A stretch of DNA of 64,000 nt from Candidatus Cloacimonas sp. (GCA_035403355.1 DAONFA010000001.1:30133-94132); one strand, 5' to 3'. Shown: positions 9,560-18,570, numbered from the stretch's first letter. Translations and numbers: made by a program. Notes: generated by a model from the letters alone, not told the origin.

Positions 9560-11325
9560 ATAATATAATCGTAAAAGTTGGTTTGGCAAGTTGTGGTGTT
9601 GCAGCTGGTGCCAAAGAAGTATATAATGCCCTGGAACAATATCTTGAAAATAATCCAAGACCTGTTACTCTAAAAAAGACAGCGTGCATTGGAATGTGTT
9701 TTGAGGAGCCAATTGTGCAATTTGAGGGCTCCGAACTTGGTTCTATTCATATCGGTAGAGCTAATCCGGAAACCATAATTCAAATACTGGAGGACTATAT
9801 AGCCGGAAAAGCACCTGCCGAAAATATCATTTTAGCTGAAAAGATAAGCGGTAAGCATAATGCTCTTTTGGCAAATCAGCAAAGAATCGTTTTACGCAAT
9901 TGCGGAATTATAGACCCGGAATGCCTTGAGGATTATGAAGCCGGAGATGGTTATAAAGCACTGCAAAAAGCACTGCAAATGGAAAGAACAGCCATCATTG
10001 AAGAAATTAAAAAATCCGGTTTAAGAGGAAGAGGTGGAGCTGGTTTTCCTACAGGGCTGAAATGGCAATTTTGTGCCTCTGAAAATTCGGATAAGAAATA
10101 TGTAATTTGTAACGCTGATGAAGGAGACCCCGGTGCTTTTATGGACCGCAGTACTCTGGAAGGTGACCCCCATTCTGTAATTGAAGGTATGACTATTGGT
10201 GCTTATGCCATTGGAGCTAACGAGGGCTATATTTACTGTCGTGCAGAATATCCTATGGCTTTGGAACATTTGAAAACAGCTATTTCTGCCGCCGAAGAAA
10301 AGGGTTATCTGGGAAAAAACATTCTGGGCAGCTCCTTCAGTTTTGATTTACATATCAAAGAAGGAGCCGGTGCTTTCGTTTGCGGAGAAGAAACTGCTTT
10401 AATGCAATCCATTGAAGGAAAAAGAGGTATGCCAACTCTACGCCCTCCGTATCCTGCAGCAAAAGGACTTTGGGGCAAACCAACAAACATCAATAATGTA
10501 GAGACCTGGGCAAATATTCCCTGGATAATTATGCACGGGGCACAGGAATTCAGGAAATACGGAACGGAAAAATCACCCGGAACCAAGGTCTTTGCCTTAG
10601 CCGGAAAAATTGCCGGTAGCGGTTTAATTGAAGTTCCCATGGGAATTACATTGCAGGATATTATCTACAATGTCGGAGGAGGAATGAAGACCTCCAAACC
10701 CTTTAAAGCAGTCCAAATGGGAGGTCCTTCCGGGGGCTGTATTCCTGCTGAAAAACTTGATACTATAGTTGATTATGATTCTATTACGGCAACAGGTGCA
10801 ATTATGGGTTCCGGAGGTATGGTGGTAATGGATACAGGAACCTGTATGGTTGATGTAGCCAGGTTTTTCCTTAATTTTACCCAAAACGAATCCTGCGGCA
10901 AATGCACTTTTTGCCGCATTGGTACAAAACGGATGCTGGAAATTTTAACCCGCATTACTGAAGGGAAAGGTGAATTGCAAGACATTGAAAAACTGGAAGA
11001 ACTGGCAGTAAATATTATCAAGGGTTCTCTTTGTGGTTTGGGTCAAACAGCTCCCAATCCGGTTTTAACTACTTTACGCTATTTTAAGGATGAATATTTG
11101 GCTCATATTGTAGATAAACACTGTCCCGCAGGTGTTTGCAATGCTCTCATAACCTATAAAATAAATCCCGAAAAATGTATCGGCTGCACTCTTTGTGCCC
11201 GAAAATGTCCTGTTTCCTGCATTTCCGGACAAGTAAAACAAGTTCATACTATAGACCAAAGCAAGTGTACTAAATGTGGAACCTGTTTCCAGGTATGCAA
11301 GTTTGATGCCGTAACTAAAGAATAG
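9556..11325 (+). CDS. NuoF/HydB-like FMN- and NADH-binding subunit with an extra N-terminal [2Fe-2S] domain and a C-terminal 2x[4Fe-4S] domain
   Basis: 589 aa. It has the motifs GRGGAGFPTG, GAGAFVCGEETALMQSIEG and ESCGKCTFCRIG. The C-terminus carries CIGCTLCARKCP and CTKCGTCFQVC. The N-terminal part (ASCGVAAG..TACIGMCFEEP) resembles a thioredoxin-like cluster domain. Confidence 0.85.
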   Translation: MNNIIVKVGLASCGVAAGAKEVYNALEQYLENNPRPVTLKKTACIGMCFEEPIVQFEGSELGSIHIGRANPETIIQILEDYIAGKAPAENIILAEKISGKHNALLANQQRIVLRNCGIIDPECLEDYEAGDGYKALQKALQMERTAIIEEIKKSGLRGRGGAGFPTGLKWQFCASENSDKKYVICNADEGDPGAFMDRSTLEGDPHSVIEGMTIGAYAIGANEGYIYCRAEYPMALEHLKTAISAAEEKGYLGKNILGSSFSFDLHIKEGAGAFVCGEETALMQSIEGKRGMPTLRPPYPAAKGLWGKPTNINNVETWANIPWIIMHGAQEFRKYGTEKSPGTKVFALAGKIAGSGLIEVPMGITLQDIIYNVGGGMKTSKPFKAVQMGGPSGGCIPAEKLDTIVDYDSITATGAIMGSGGMVVMDTGTCMVDVARFFLNFTQNESCGKCTFCRIGTKRMLEILTRITEGKGELQDIEKLEELAVNIIKGSLCGLGQTAPNPVLTTLRYFKDEYLAHIVDKHCPAGVCNALITYKINPEKCIGCTLCARKCPVSCISGQVKQVHTIDQSKCTKCGTCFQVCKFDAVTKE

Positions 11326-11336
11326 GAGTTTAGGCA

Positions 11337-14300
11337 ATGATAAATGTAAGTTTAAACGGAAAACCAGTGAAAGCAGAGCCCGGAATTACTATTTTAGAAC
11401 TCTGCAAACAGAATAAGATAGATATTCCTACTTTATGTAACGATGAAGAATTAAATCCTTATGGTTCCTGCTGGGTTTGTTTGGTAGAAGTAAAAGGCAG
11501 AAAGGGTTTTGTAACATCCTGCGGAACTATTATTGCAGAAGGAATGGAAATTATAACCGATAGCGAGTCCATTCACACAGCTCGTAAAATGGCTTTGGAA
11601 TTACTTATTTCCAATCACTATGCGGATTGCATTGCTCCCTGCACAATTGCCTGTCCTGACCAGGTTGATATTCAGACCTATATATCTTTAATAGCCAATG
11701 GCAAATATCATGAGGCAGTGAAAGTTATTAAAGAGAAACTCCCAATGCCTCTATCTATTGGAAGGATATGTCCTGCCTTTTGTGAAAAAGAATGCCGCAG
11801 ACAAATAGTAGATGAAAGCATTGCTATCAGGCAGCTGAAAAGATATGCTGCCGATGTGGATAACGAAGATGTATGGAATTATGTTCCTGAAAAGTTACCT
11901 TCCAAAAACAAGAAAGTTGCCATTATCGGAGCCGGACCCAGCGGACTTACCTGTGGCTATTATCTTTCCCACCTGGGCTATGAAGTTCATATTTATGAGG
12001 CAGCTCCTAAGGCAGGGGGTTGGTTGCGTTATGGGATTCCGGAATTTCGGCTTCCCAAAGATATTCTGGATGCGGAAATAGAGCTTATTTGCACCAATGG
12101 AATGCAGATTGAATATAATCAACAACTGGGCAAAGATGTCTTTTTACAAGACCTGGCAAATGATTTTGCTGCAGTGTATCTTGCCCTCGGAGCTCAAAAA
12201 GCAGTGCCAATGCCGGTTAAAGGTAGTGATTTGGAAGGTTGTTTTTTAGGGGTTGATTTCCTGAAAGCACACGCTTTAGGCAATTCTCCTGATTTAGGAT
12301 TTAAAGTAGCCATCGTTGGAGGTGGAAATACTGCTGTTGATTGTGCCCGAACTGCTGTTAGAAAAGGTTGTGAAGTTGCTGTTATTTATAGAAGAACCAA
12401 AGCTGAAATGCCTGCCGAGCCAAGCGAGGTCTTTGCCTGTGAACAGGAAGGCGTGAAATTTTACTACCTTGCCAATCCTGTAGAATATATAGGTAAAGGT
12501 GGACATCTAACCAGCGTAATTATTGAAAAAATGCGTTTAGGAGAACCCGATAAAAGCGGAAGAAGAAGACCTGAACCAACCGGTGAATTTTTTGAACTGC
12601 CTTTTGACAGTATTATTGCTGCTATTTCTCAGGTTCCTGAGGTGGATATCTTTACGGAAGAGAAAAACTATGTAGCAGATAAAATATTGCCCATTTCGCG
12701 TTGGCAAACAGCTATTGTGGATGAATCAACTATGTTTACCGGCTTGGGAAATGTGTTTGCCGGAGGCGATTTTAGAAGAGGTGCTGCAACAGCTATTGAG
12801 GCAATTGCTGATGGAAGAATTGCCGCAACCGCTATAGACAGATTTTTGGAAACAGGAGAAATAACTGCTGAACTTATCCCTTTTGACAGTAAAAAAGCTA
12901 ACACAGTGAAAGAAATCAGCCCTGAAGAGTTTTCTATTTATGAAAAAATAGAGCGACGGGAGATGCCGGAACTGCCTGTTGAAGAAGCAAAAATCAGTTT
13001 TAAAGAAGTGGAGCTTGGTTTTTCGGAAACAGCTGCCGTAAGTGAAGCAAAACGCTGTCTGGAATGTGGTTGTTTTGTGAATGAGACCTGTTTCCTGCGT
13101 AAATATTGCACTGATTATTTAGTTAATCCTGCTCAATTTTTAGGGGATAAAAATAAACATCCGATTGACTACACTCATCCTTTCATCGTTCGGGATGCCA
13201 ATAAGTGTATTTATTGCGGACGCTGTATCAGAACCTGTGCCGAAATTCAGGGTCCGGCTGTTTTGGGCTATATTTATAGAGGTTTTGCCACTCTCGTAGC
13301 TCCAGAATTTGGGGATTCGTTAACAAAGACAAGCTGTCTTTCCTGTGGAAAGTGTATTGATGTTTGTCCCGTGGGGGCTTTAACAGAAAGGACTGTTCAC
13401 TATAAATTCAATCCTCATCCTAAAGATATTTCTCTGCAAAATTGCGGTTTATGTGGAGTGGGCTGTTTTATTCAAACCGAAACCCAGGCAGGAACTATCA
13501 CCCGGGTTACAACTTCACAAAAGGAACCTGGCTTTAACGGTAAAAATCTCTGTTTTAAGGGAAGATTTGGCTGGCAAGGTCTTGATGATAAAGATAGATT
13601 GACTGTGCCTCTGAAAAAAGAAAAGGGCATTTTTAAAGAAATCAGCTGGCAGGAAGCAACTGACCTCATAGCAGAAAATATATCTTTAGGCAAAACCCAA
13701 CGCTTTGAAATCAGCCCCTATATTTCTCTGGAAGAAATGCTGCTGCTGAAAAGAGCTGCGGATAAATATTCTACCGGGCTTTCTGCCAATCCTGCTTTTT
13801 CAGCTTTCAGCGATTCCTGTATTTCCTTAAGACCTCAAAAAGAACCCTATAGAATTTTGGACAACTTTCAGGAATATGTTGTTTACGGAGAACTGAATCA
13901 GGTGCTGGCAACTTTAATCCGTTTGCAACAAAGAAAAGGCAAGAAATTAACCCTCGTAAACTATCCGGAAAGCCCCTTTTCCCGTTTTGCCGATGCTAAC
14001 TATGCAAATTTAAAAGAAGTTATGGCAACGGAGAAAACCCTGTTTGTTTATAATCAGAATCGCATCTCAGAACAGGAAGCATATAATTTATGGTGTTTTG
14101 CCTCGGAAAAAGGAAAAGATAATCTTCTGGTTTCTACCGATTATCGTAATCATCCTGGTTTTTTAGCGATGCAGCCGAATTTTTCGCTAACCGTTTCCGA
14201 TTTTGTTATGGGTTGGGGTGTTTATCCTTCGTTAGCTGCTGAAGCAAAATTCAGGGTTGCCGTAATGACTTTTAAGGATGAAAAAGCACCTGTGGATTTG

Positions 14301-14675
14301 TTAATTCCGGCTCCAAGTTATCTGGAAATGGAAGGAACCGCTTTAAGCGACATTGGACAGGTAACAAAAAGTGCCAATCCTGCCAAGTCAATTATAATCA
14401 ATGAATTGATGAGGATGTTCTATTGCCTAAAATGGATTCATCCCAATAGCGCTGAAATACCTTTTTGGAATGCTGAAGCGGAAAAGTTGCTGGTTAGTTT
14501 ACAGAATTATGTTCCGGCAAAGTTTGAACCGAATGCTGTTAAAAGTGCCGAACTGAGTAAAACTATCAATGTTATTCCCTCTCAGGTAGAAAAGTATATC
14601 GCTAACCTTTTTGAACAGAGACAAAAGCCAACAAAATTCTCCGGAGGGTTGACCTCCTGGTCAACCAAGGAGTAA
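11337..14675 (+). CDS. Fusion oxidoreductase: NuoG-type [2Fe-2S] N-terminus, a GltD/NfnB-like FAD-NAD(P)H module, 4Fe-4S domains, and a truncated molybdopterin-oxidoreductase-like (NuoG C-terminal-like) domain
   Basis: 1112 aa. The N-terminus reads CNDEELNPYGSCWVCLVEV. The GltD-like part has HYADCIAPCTIACP..RICPAFCEKECRR, VAIIGAGPSGLTCGYYL and VAIVGGGNTAVDCA. Then come CIYCGRCIRTC, CLSCGKCIDVCP and CGLCGVGC..LCFKGRFGW. No H-cluster motifs (TSCCP, MPCxxK, MACxxGC) are visible. The last 12 codons are encoded by a repeat element. Confidence 0.75.
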   Translation: MINVSLNGKPVKAEPGITILELCKQNKIDIPTLCNDEELNPYGSCWVCLVEVKGRKGFVTSCGTIIAEGMEIITDSESIHTARKMALELLISNHYADCIAPCTIACPDQVDIQTYISLIANGKYHEAVKVIKEKLPMPLSIGRICPAFCEKECRRQIVDESIAIRQLKRYAADVDNEDVWNYVPEKLPSKNKKVAIIGAGPSGLTCGYYLSHLGYEVHIYEAAPKAGGWLRYGIPEFRLPKDILDAEIELICTNGMQIEYNQQLGKDVFLQDLANDFAAVYLALGAQKAVPMPVKGSDLEGCFLGVDFLKAHALGNSPDLGFKVAIVGGGNTAVDCARTAVRKGCEVAVIYRRTKAEMPAEPSEVFACEQEGVKFYYLANPVEYIGKGGHLTSVIIEKMRLGEPDKSGRRRPEPTGEFFELPFDSIIAAISQVPEVDIFTEEKNYVADKILPISRWQTAIVDESTMFTGLGNVFAGGDFRRGAATAIEAIADGRIAATAIDRFLETGEITAELIPFDSKKANTVKEISPEEFSIYEKIERREMPELPVEEAKISFKEVELGFSETAAVSEAKRCLECGCFVNETCFLRKYCTDYLVNPAQFLGDKNKHPIDYTHPFIVRDANKCIYCGRCIRTCAEIQGPAVLGYIYRGFATLVAPEFGDSLTKTSCLSCGKCIDVCPVGALTERTVHYKFNPHPKDISLQNCGLCGVGCFIQTETQAGTITRVTTSQKEPGFNGKNLCFKGRFGWQGLDDKDRLTVPLKKEKGIFKEISWQEATDLIAENISLGKTQRFEISPYISLEEMLLLKRAADKYSTGLSANPAFSAFSDSCISLRPQKEPYRILDNFQEYVVYGELNQVLATLIRLQQRKGKKLTLVNYPESPFSRFADANYANLKEVMATEKTLFVYNQNRISEQEAYNLWCFASEKGKDNLLVSTDYRNHPGFLAMQPNFSLTVSDFVMGWGVYPSLAAEAKFRVAVMTFKDEKAPVDLLIPAPSYLEMEGTALSDIGQVTKSANPAKSIIINELMRMFYCLKWIHPNSAEIPFWNAEAEKLLVSLQNYVPAKFEPNAVKSAELSKTINVIPSQVEKYIANLFEQRQKPTKFSGGLTSWSTKE

Positions 14676-14813
14676 CATTTTTTAGAACGACAAGGACGTC
14701 GTTCTTCCGGAAAGGGATGTCGTTTTCCGGAGGGTTGACCTCCTGGTCAACCAAGCATTAACATTTTTTAGAACGACGGGGAAGTCGTTTTTCCGGATGG
14801 GGATGTCGTTCCT
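14641..14813. repeat. Tandem 86-87-bp mosaic unit x2 (A hairpin + B hairpin + half-B)
   Basis: CCGGAGGGTTGACCTCCTGGTCAACCAAG..TTAGAACGACnnGGAnGTCGTTnTTCCGGAnnGGGATGTCGTT starts at both 14641 and 14727. Confidence 0.9.
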
Positions 14814-14831
14814 CCGCAAGAAAAAAAGAGA

Positions 14832-14917
14832 GGAGCTTCAGTGAGCTCCGGTTACCCATTTTGCGGAGCTTCAGCGAGCTCCGGTTACTCATTTTGCGGA
14901 GCTTCAGCGAGCTCCGG
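14832..14917. repeat. Three tandem 33-bp hairpin units (GGAGCT-tcagyg-AGCTCC), probably a bidirectional terminator between convergent genes
   Basis: GGAGCTTCAG(T/C)GAGCTCCGG(T/C)TAC starts at 14832, 14865 and 14898. The last copy abuts the stop codon of the radical SAM gene at 14918. Confidence 0.8.
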
Positions 14918-16267
14918 CTACATAATTTCAGCTATCACTGCATCTCTTTTGGTTTTGGCAAGAGAGTGCAGTTCATAGCCAAGTTCTTTATGTTTTTGTT
15001 GCAAAGCGGATAAAATATCAGACGCAGTATGCTTTTGCAGCATTTCCTGCCACAAAATTTTGTGTTCTTCTTTATTCCAATAGAGGTTTAAGAGCTTGGC
15101 AAAATTTTCCAGTTGCTGCATTTCCTCAAAAGAGAGGGCATCCGAGGCAAGGCATTGATAGGGTGGCTGGTTAAGCCATTTATAATTTAAGTCCAAAGCA
15201 ATTTTCTGCATCGGGGTATCGGGAAGAATTTTTAAAATGCCCAGTTGGACAGCATCCGGAAGAGTTGCACAGACCTCATTTAAGCCATTTATCACGGAAG
15301 CATAATTTTCTCCGGGCAGTCCGGCAAGCAAATCAGTATGGATGCGTATTTTAGTGCGTTTTTTCAGTTCCAGCAAAGTCCATTTTGCTTTTTCCCAATT
15401 TGATTTTCTGCCACAGTTCAAAGCCACTTCTGAGTTTATGGTCTGAATGCCGATTTCCAAACGGATTCTATTTTCCGGCGCTTTTTCCAGTATGGCAATA
15501 TCGTCTTCTGTCAGCAAATCAGGGTAGATTTCAAAATGGACATCGCCAAGGCAGTTATGTTCAATAAAGAAATTCCAGATATGATGTGCCATTTTTTTTT
15601 GGAGGTTAAAGCTGCGGTCAACGAATTTAATAGTTCTGGGTTGTAAAGAAATTAAGGTTTCCAGTTCCTTATTTAGGCATTGCAGATCTTCTTTATTTTC
15701 AGGATGATAACGAAGTTCAGAGCGTTTATCGGAAGCTGAAAGACAATAGACACAGGAAAACGGACAGCCCCTAAATGTTTCGTAATATAGCAATTTGCCT
15801 TTTAAAGTTTCTATATCGCTTTGTCTGTAAGGAAAAGGAATATCTTTCAAGGGAATATGTTCTGCCTGAAATAATTCTTTTTCATTTGCAGAAAAATCGT
15901 GTTCTGCCAAATAACGAAATTTACCTTCACCGGCACCTTGGACAATGTAAAGCCCTTTTCTTTTCAGGCAGGATAGGTTTTTTGCTTCAGGTCCGCCAAT
16001 TACAATAACTGCTTCCGGCAAAAGTTTGCTAACTTCAGGAATCAATTCCTGCAGATAAAGACGGTTCCAAATATAGGCAGAAAAACAAAGGACATCGGCA
16101 TTTTGGCTATAAATATCATATAGCACATCCAAAAGTCGGTCTTTTAATGTCCATTCTTTCAGAAAAACGGTATAAGGCAAATCTGCAATCATTTCCCGTA
16201 AGTAGTAAAGGGCAGGATTGGATTGACTCCAGCTGCTGTTTATGGCTGTTAGAAGAACTTTTTTCAT
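14918..16267 (-). CDS. B12-binding-domain radical SAM protein (DUF4080-type C-terminus likely)
   Basis: The CxxxCxxC motif is present (FRGCPFSCVYCLSA), and the N-terminal part is cobalamin-binding-like. I place the start at MKKVLLTAINS (ATG at 16267, with the RBS AAGGAAGGA upstream). The 43 upstream codons of the track ORF are only the translated 9-bp repeat array. Confidence 0.85.
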   Translation of the reverse strand: MKKVLLTAINSSWSQSNPALYYLREMIADLPYTVFLKEWTLKDRLLDVLYDIYSQNADVLCFSAYIWNRLYLQELIPEVSKLLPEAVIVIGGPEAKNLSCLKRKGLYIVQGAGEGKFRYLAEHDFSANEKELFQAEHIPLKDIPFPYRQSDIETLKGKLLYYETFRGCPFSCVYCLSASDKRSELRYHPENKEDLQCLNKELETLISLQPRTIKFVDRSFNLQKKMAHHIWNFFIEHNCLGDVHFEIYPDLLTEDDIAILEKAPENRIRLEIGIQTINSEVALNCGRKSNWEKAKWTLLELKKRTKIRIHTDLLAGLPGENYASVINGLNEVCATLPDAVQLGILKILPDTPMQKIALDLNYKWLNQPPYQCLASDALSFEEMQQLENFAKLLNLYWNKEEHKILWQEMLQKHTASDILSALQQKHKELGYELHSLAKTKRDAVIAEIM

Positions 16268-16285
16268 TTTTTCCTTCCTTGTAAA

Positions 16286-16402
16286 CACTGAGGACACAGA
16301 GGACACAGAGGACACTGAGGACACTGAAAACACAGAGAACACAGAGGACACTGAGAACACTGAGAACACAGAGAACACTGAGAACACTGAGGACACAGAG
16401 AA
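16286..16402. repeat. 13 tandem copies of a 9-bp unit CAC[AT]GA[GA][GA]A
   Basis: Read directly from the sequence. The array begins 19 nt upstream of the radical SAM start codon. Confidence 0.95.
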
Positions 16403-16520
16403 TTCCAGTAATAATTATAAAAGTTTAATAGACAGCTAATTACTACTGGATTTAGTCCTGCTAATCCTATTGTTGCAGTTATCCGTTTTCTATAAATCCT
16501 AACTTACATCGTCGCACAAA

Positions 16521-16740
16521 ATCTCTTTTTCTCTTTTCCTCTTTGTTCAATTCAATCTCTTTTTCTCTTTTCCTCTTTATCTCTTTGTATCATAAACTTT
16601 CAGTGTTCTCAGTGTTTTCAGTGTTCTCAGTGGTCAAAATATCTCTCTTTTTCTCTTTATCTCATTGTATAATAAACTCTCAGTGTCTTCAGTGTTCTCA
16701 GTGGTTAAAACATCTCTCTTTTTCTCTTTGTTGTCAGTCC
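16521..16740. repeat. Imperfect tandem units of 34-86 bp (ATCTCTCTTTTTCTCTTT...) carrying the 9-mer in inverted orientation (TTCTCAGTG)
   Basis: Units start at 16521, 16555, 16641 and 16712. The runs CAGTGTTCTCAGTGTTTTCAGTGTTCTCAGTG (16601-16632) and CTCAGTGTCTTCAGTGTTCTCAGTG (16679-16703) are reverse complements of the 16286-16402 array. Confidence 0.9.
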
Positions 16741-16779
16741 TATATCTCAGATAACCATCTCATCAGATTCCCATATTGC

Positions 16780-16824
16780 GATACGGGAACGATACGGGAA
16801 CGATACGGGCATCATACGGGAAAG
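16780..16824. repeat. 11-bp tandem GATACGGGAAC x3-4
   Basis: GATACGGGAAC GATACGGGAAC GATACGGGCAT CATACGGGAAAG. The same element occurs inverted at 40238-40290. Confidence 0.9.
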
Positions 16825-16847
16825 CGTTATGGGTTTTCCAACCGGTT

Positions 16848-17744
16848 TTACTCCTTGTTTCTGGGGTGTCCTTTTTTATATGCCTCTTTAATATCTTCCA
16901 GGGAAATGTGGGTATATGTTTCTGTAGTAGAGAGTAAAGAGTGTCCTAAAAGTTCCTGGATAGCTCTTAAGTCCGCTCCTCTGGAAAGCAAATGGGTGGC
17001 AAAACTATGTCTTAACGAATGGGGTGAATAGCCCTTAGCTCTGGCAACGAGTTCAAAATAGCGTTTTAGAATGAGGTCCAGCTGTTTTGTGTCAAATGCT
17101 TTACCGCTTTTTGTTAAAAAAAGCAAATCGGGACTTTCTGCTCGCCAAAAATGTTGTCGCACATTTAAATAGTTATTTATAGCCGCAACGGCATACGAAC
17201 CAAGGGGAACAATACGCTGTTTATTGCCTTTTCCTGTAACCCTTACCAGCCCTCTTTTAAGATCTATATCCTGCAAACGGATTCCAGCCAGTTCGGAAAT
17301 CCGCAATCCGGAAGAATATAAGGTCTCCAAAATTGCCTTATTTCTTATTCCAAAGGGGCTATCGGTATCCGGAATAGAAAGTAAAGTTTGCACTTCTTCT
17401 TCGGTAAAACATTTGGGGAGAGGAACTTCGTATTTGGGACGCTTAATTTTTTCCATGGGATTATTTTGAATTATATCGTTTCTTTTACCATAACGGAAAA
17501 AAGCATTCAGGGCAGCGCTTTTACGAGCCAAAGAGCGGTTGCAATCCGGTTTTTCATTTAAGAAGCGTAAAAAATCCCGTATATTAAGAACAGTAATTCC
17601 TTTAATATCCACTTCGCCATTTTCAAAATAGCGTTTCAGAAAATTGTGGAATTGTTCCAAATCCAGCTTATAGGCAGTAATCGTTCGGGGCGATTTGCCT
17701 TCCAAAGCCAGATAATTACAGAAATCAGCAATATAATTTTCCAT
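16848..17744 (-). CDS. Tyrosine site-specific recombinase, XerC/XerD family
   Basis: 298 aa. The N-terminal SAM-like domain reads SPRTITAYKLDLEQF, and the catalytic region reads HSLRHSFATHLLSRGADLRAIQELLGHSLLSTTETYTHI. Confidence 0.9.
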   Translation of the reverse strand: MENYIADFCNYLALEGKSPRTITAYKLDLEQFHNFLKRYFENGEVDIKGITVLNIRDFLRFLNEKPDCNRSLARKSAALNAFFRYGKRNDIIQNNPMEKIKRPKYEVPLPKCFTEEEVQTLLSIPDTDSPFGIRNKAILETLYSSGLRISELAGIRLQDIDLKRGLVRVTGKGNKQRIVPLGSYAVAAINNYLNVRQHFWRAESPDLLFLTKSGKAFDTKQLDLILKRYFELVARAKGYSPHSLRHSFATHLLSRGADLRAIQELLGHSLLSTTETYTHISLEDIKEAYKKGHPRNKE

Positions 17745-17814
17745 AAAGCCATTTTTTCCTTGCCTTAAAACTAATCAAGCAAAAAATGGTATTAGCTAAA
17801 AAAAGGGAGGACGA

Positions 17815-18570
17815 ATGAACCGGTTTATTGACGAAAGTGCTGAAATTGGAAACAATGTTACCTTGGGCAATAATGTAGTTATTATGGCAGGAGTCCAAAT
17901 CGGCAATGACTGTAATATAGGGCATAATGTTGTTATTCATCCGGATACAAAAATCGGAAATGCCTGCCGGATTGATGATGGAACCATAATTGGCAAAAAA
18001 CCGCTTTCCTCTCCACGCAGTATATTTAAGGTTGCTGAGGACTTAAAAGGCGCAAAAATAGGTGATTTTTGCCAGATTGGCAGCAATGTAATTATTTACT
18101 GTCAATGCACTGTGGGTAGCCGAAATTTGATTGCTGATCTGGCAACTATTCGCGAAAATGTAACCTTAGGCGATTTGAACATTGTGGGCAGAAATGTTAC
18201 AATAGAGAATTTTGTGCATATAGGCAACCGAAATAAGCTGGAAACAAACTGCTATGTAACTGCCTATTCGGAAATCGGGGACTATTGTTTTATAGCACCC
18301 TGCGTGGCAACAAGTAACGATAATTATATGGCTCGCGATAAAGAACGCTTTAAACACTTTAAAGGAGTTACAATGATAAGTGGCTCTCGGATTGGAGTTA
18401 ACGCTACAATTCTGCCCGGGAAAGTTATTAATGAAGATGGAACAGTAGCTGCAGGAGCTATTGTAACCAAAGATGTTCCCGCAAAAACAATCGTAGCAGG
18501 CAATCCGGCAAAGCCATTTAAAGAAGTTCCCGAACCGCAACTAATGGAGAATAATTTGGATAAGCAATGA
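17815..18570 (+). CDS. Hexapeptide-repeat (left-handed beta-helix) acyl/acetyltransferase
   Basis: 251 aa with repeated [LIV]-G-x-x-x-x hexads throughout (IGNNVTLGNNVVIMAGVQIGNDCNIGHNVVI...). It overlaps the next gene by 4 nt. Confidence 0.8.
   Translation: MNRFIDESAEIGNNVTLGNNVVIMAGVQIGNDCNIGHNVVIHPDTKIGNACRIDDGTIIGKKPLSSPRSIFKVAEDLKGAKIGDFCQIGSNVIIYCQCTVGSRNLIADLATIRENVTLGDLNIVGRNVTIENFVHIGNRNKLETNCYVTAYSEIGDYCFIAPCVATSNDNYMARDKERFKHFKGVTMISGSRIGVNATILPGKVINEDGTVAAGAIVTKDVPAKTIVAGNPAKPFKEVPEPQLMENNLDKQ

Noticed and set aside
11337-14675. [FeFe]-hydrogenase or formate dehydrogenase catalytic subunit
   Set aside because: NuoE/NuoF-like partners often accompany HydA or FdhA. However, no H-cluster motifs are visible, and the molybdopterin-like domain is short (about 400 aa after the Fe4S4 motif). 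A GltD-like module is present instead.
16268-16396. 43-codon N-terminal extension of the radical SAM ORF (SSVFSVFSVF...) and the antisense ORF 16242..16439 (TEDTEDTE...)
   Set aside because: Both are translations of the 9-bp repeat array. A good RBS plus ATG at 16267 begins the conserved protein (MKKVLLTAINS).
16543-17031. 162-aa plus-strand ORF, and the 74-aa ORF at 40212..40436
   Set aside because: Both run through dispersed repeat elements (the 9-mer units and the GATACGGGAAC element). The first is also antisense to the 3' end of the recombinase gene. Their shared peptide reflects shared repeat DNA, not a gene.
16848-17744. Phage-type integrase marking a mobile element
   Set aside because: The size (298 aa) and the N- and C-terminal motifs fit a chromosomal XerC/XerD-type recombinase. 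The flanking genes are ordinary biosynthetic genes. Only the possible link to the inverted repeat is kept, as a low-confidence finding.
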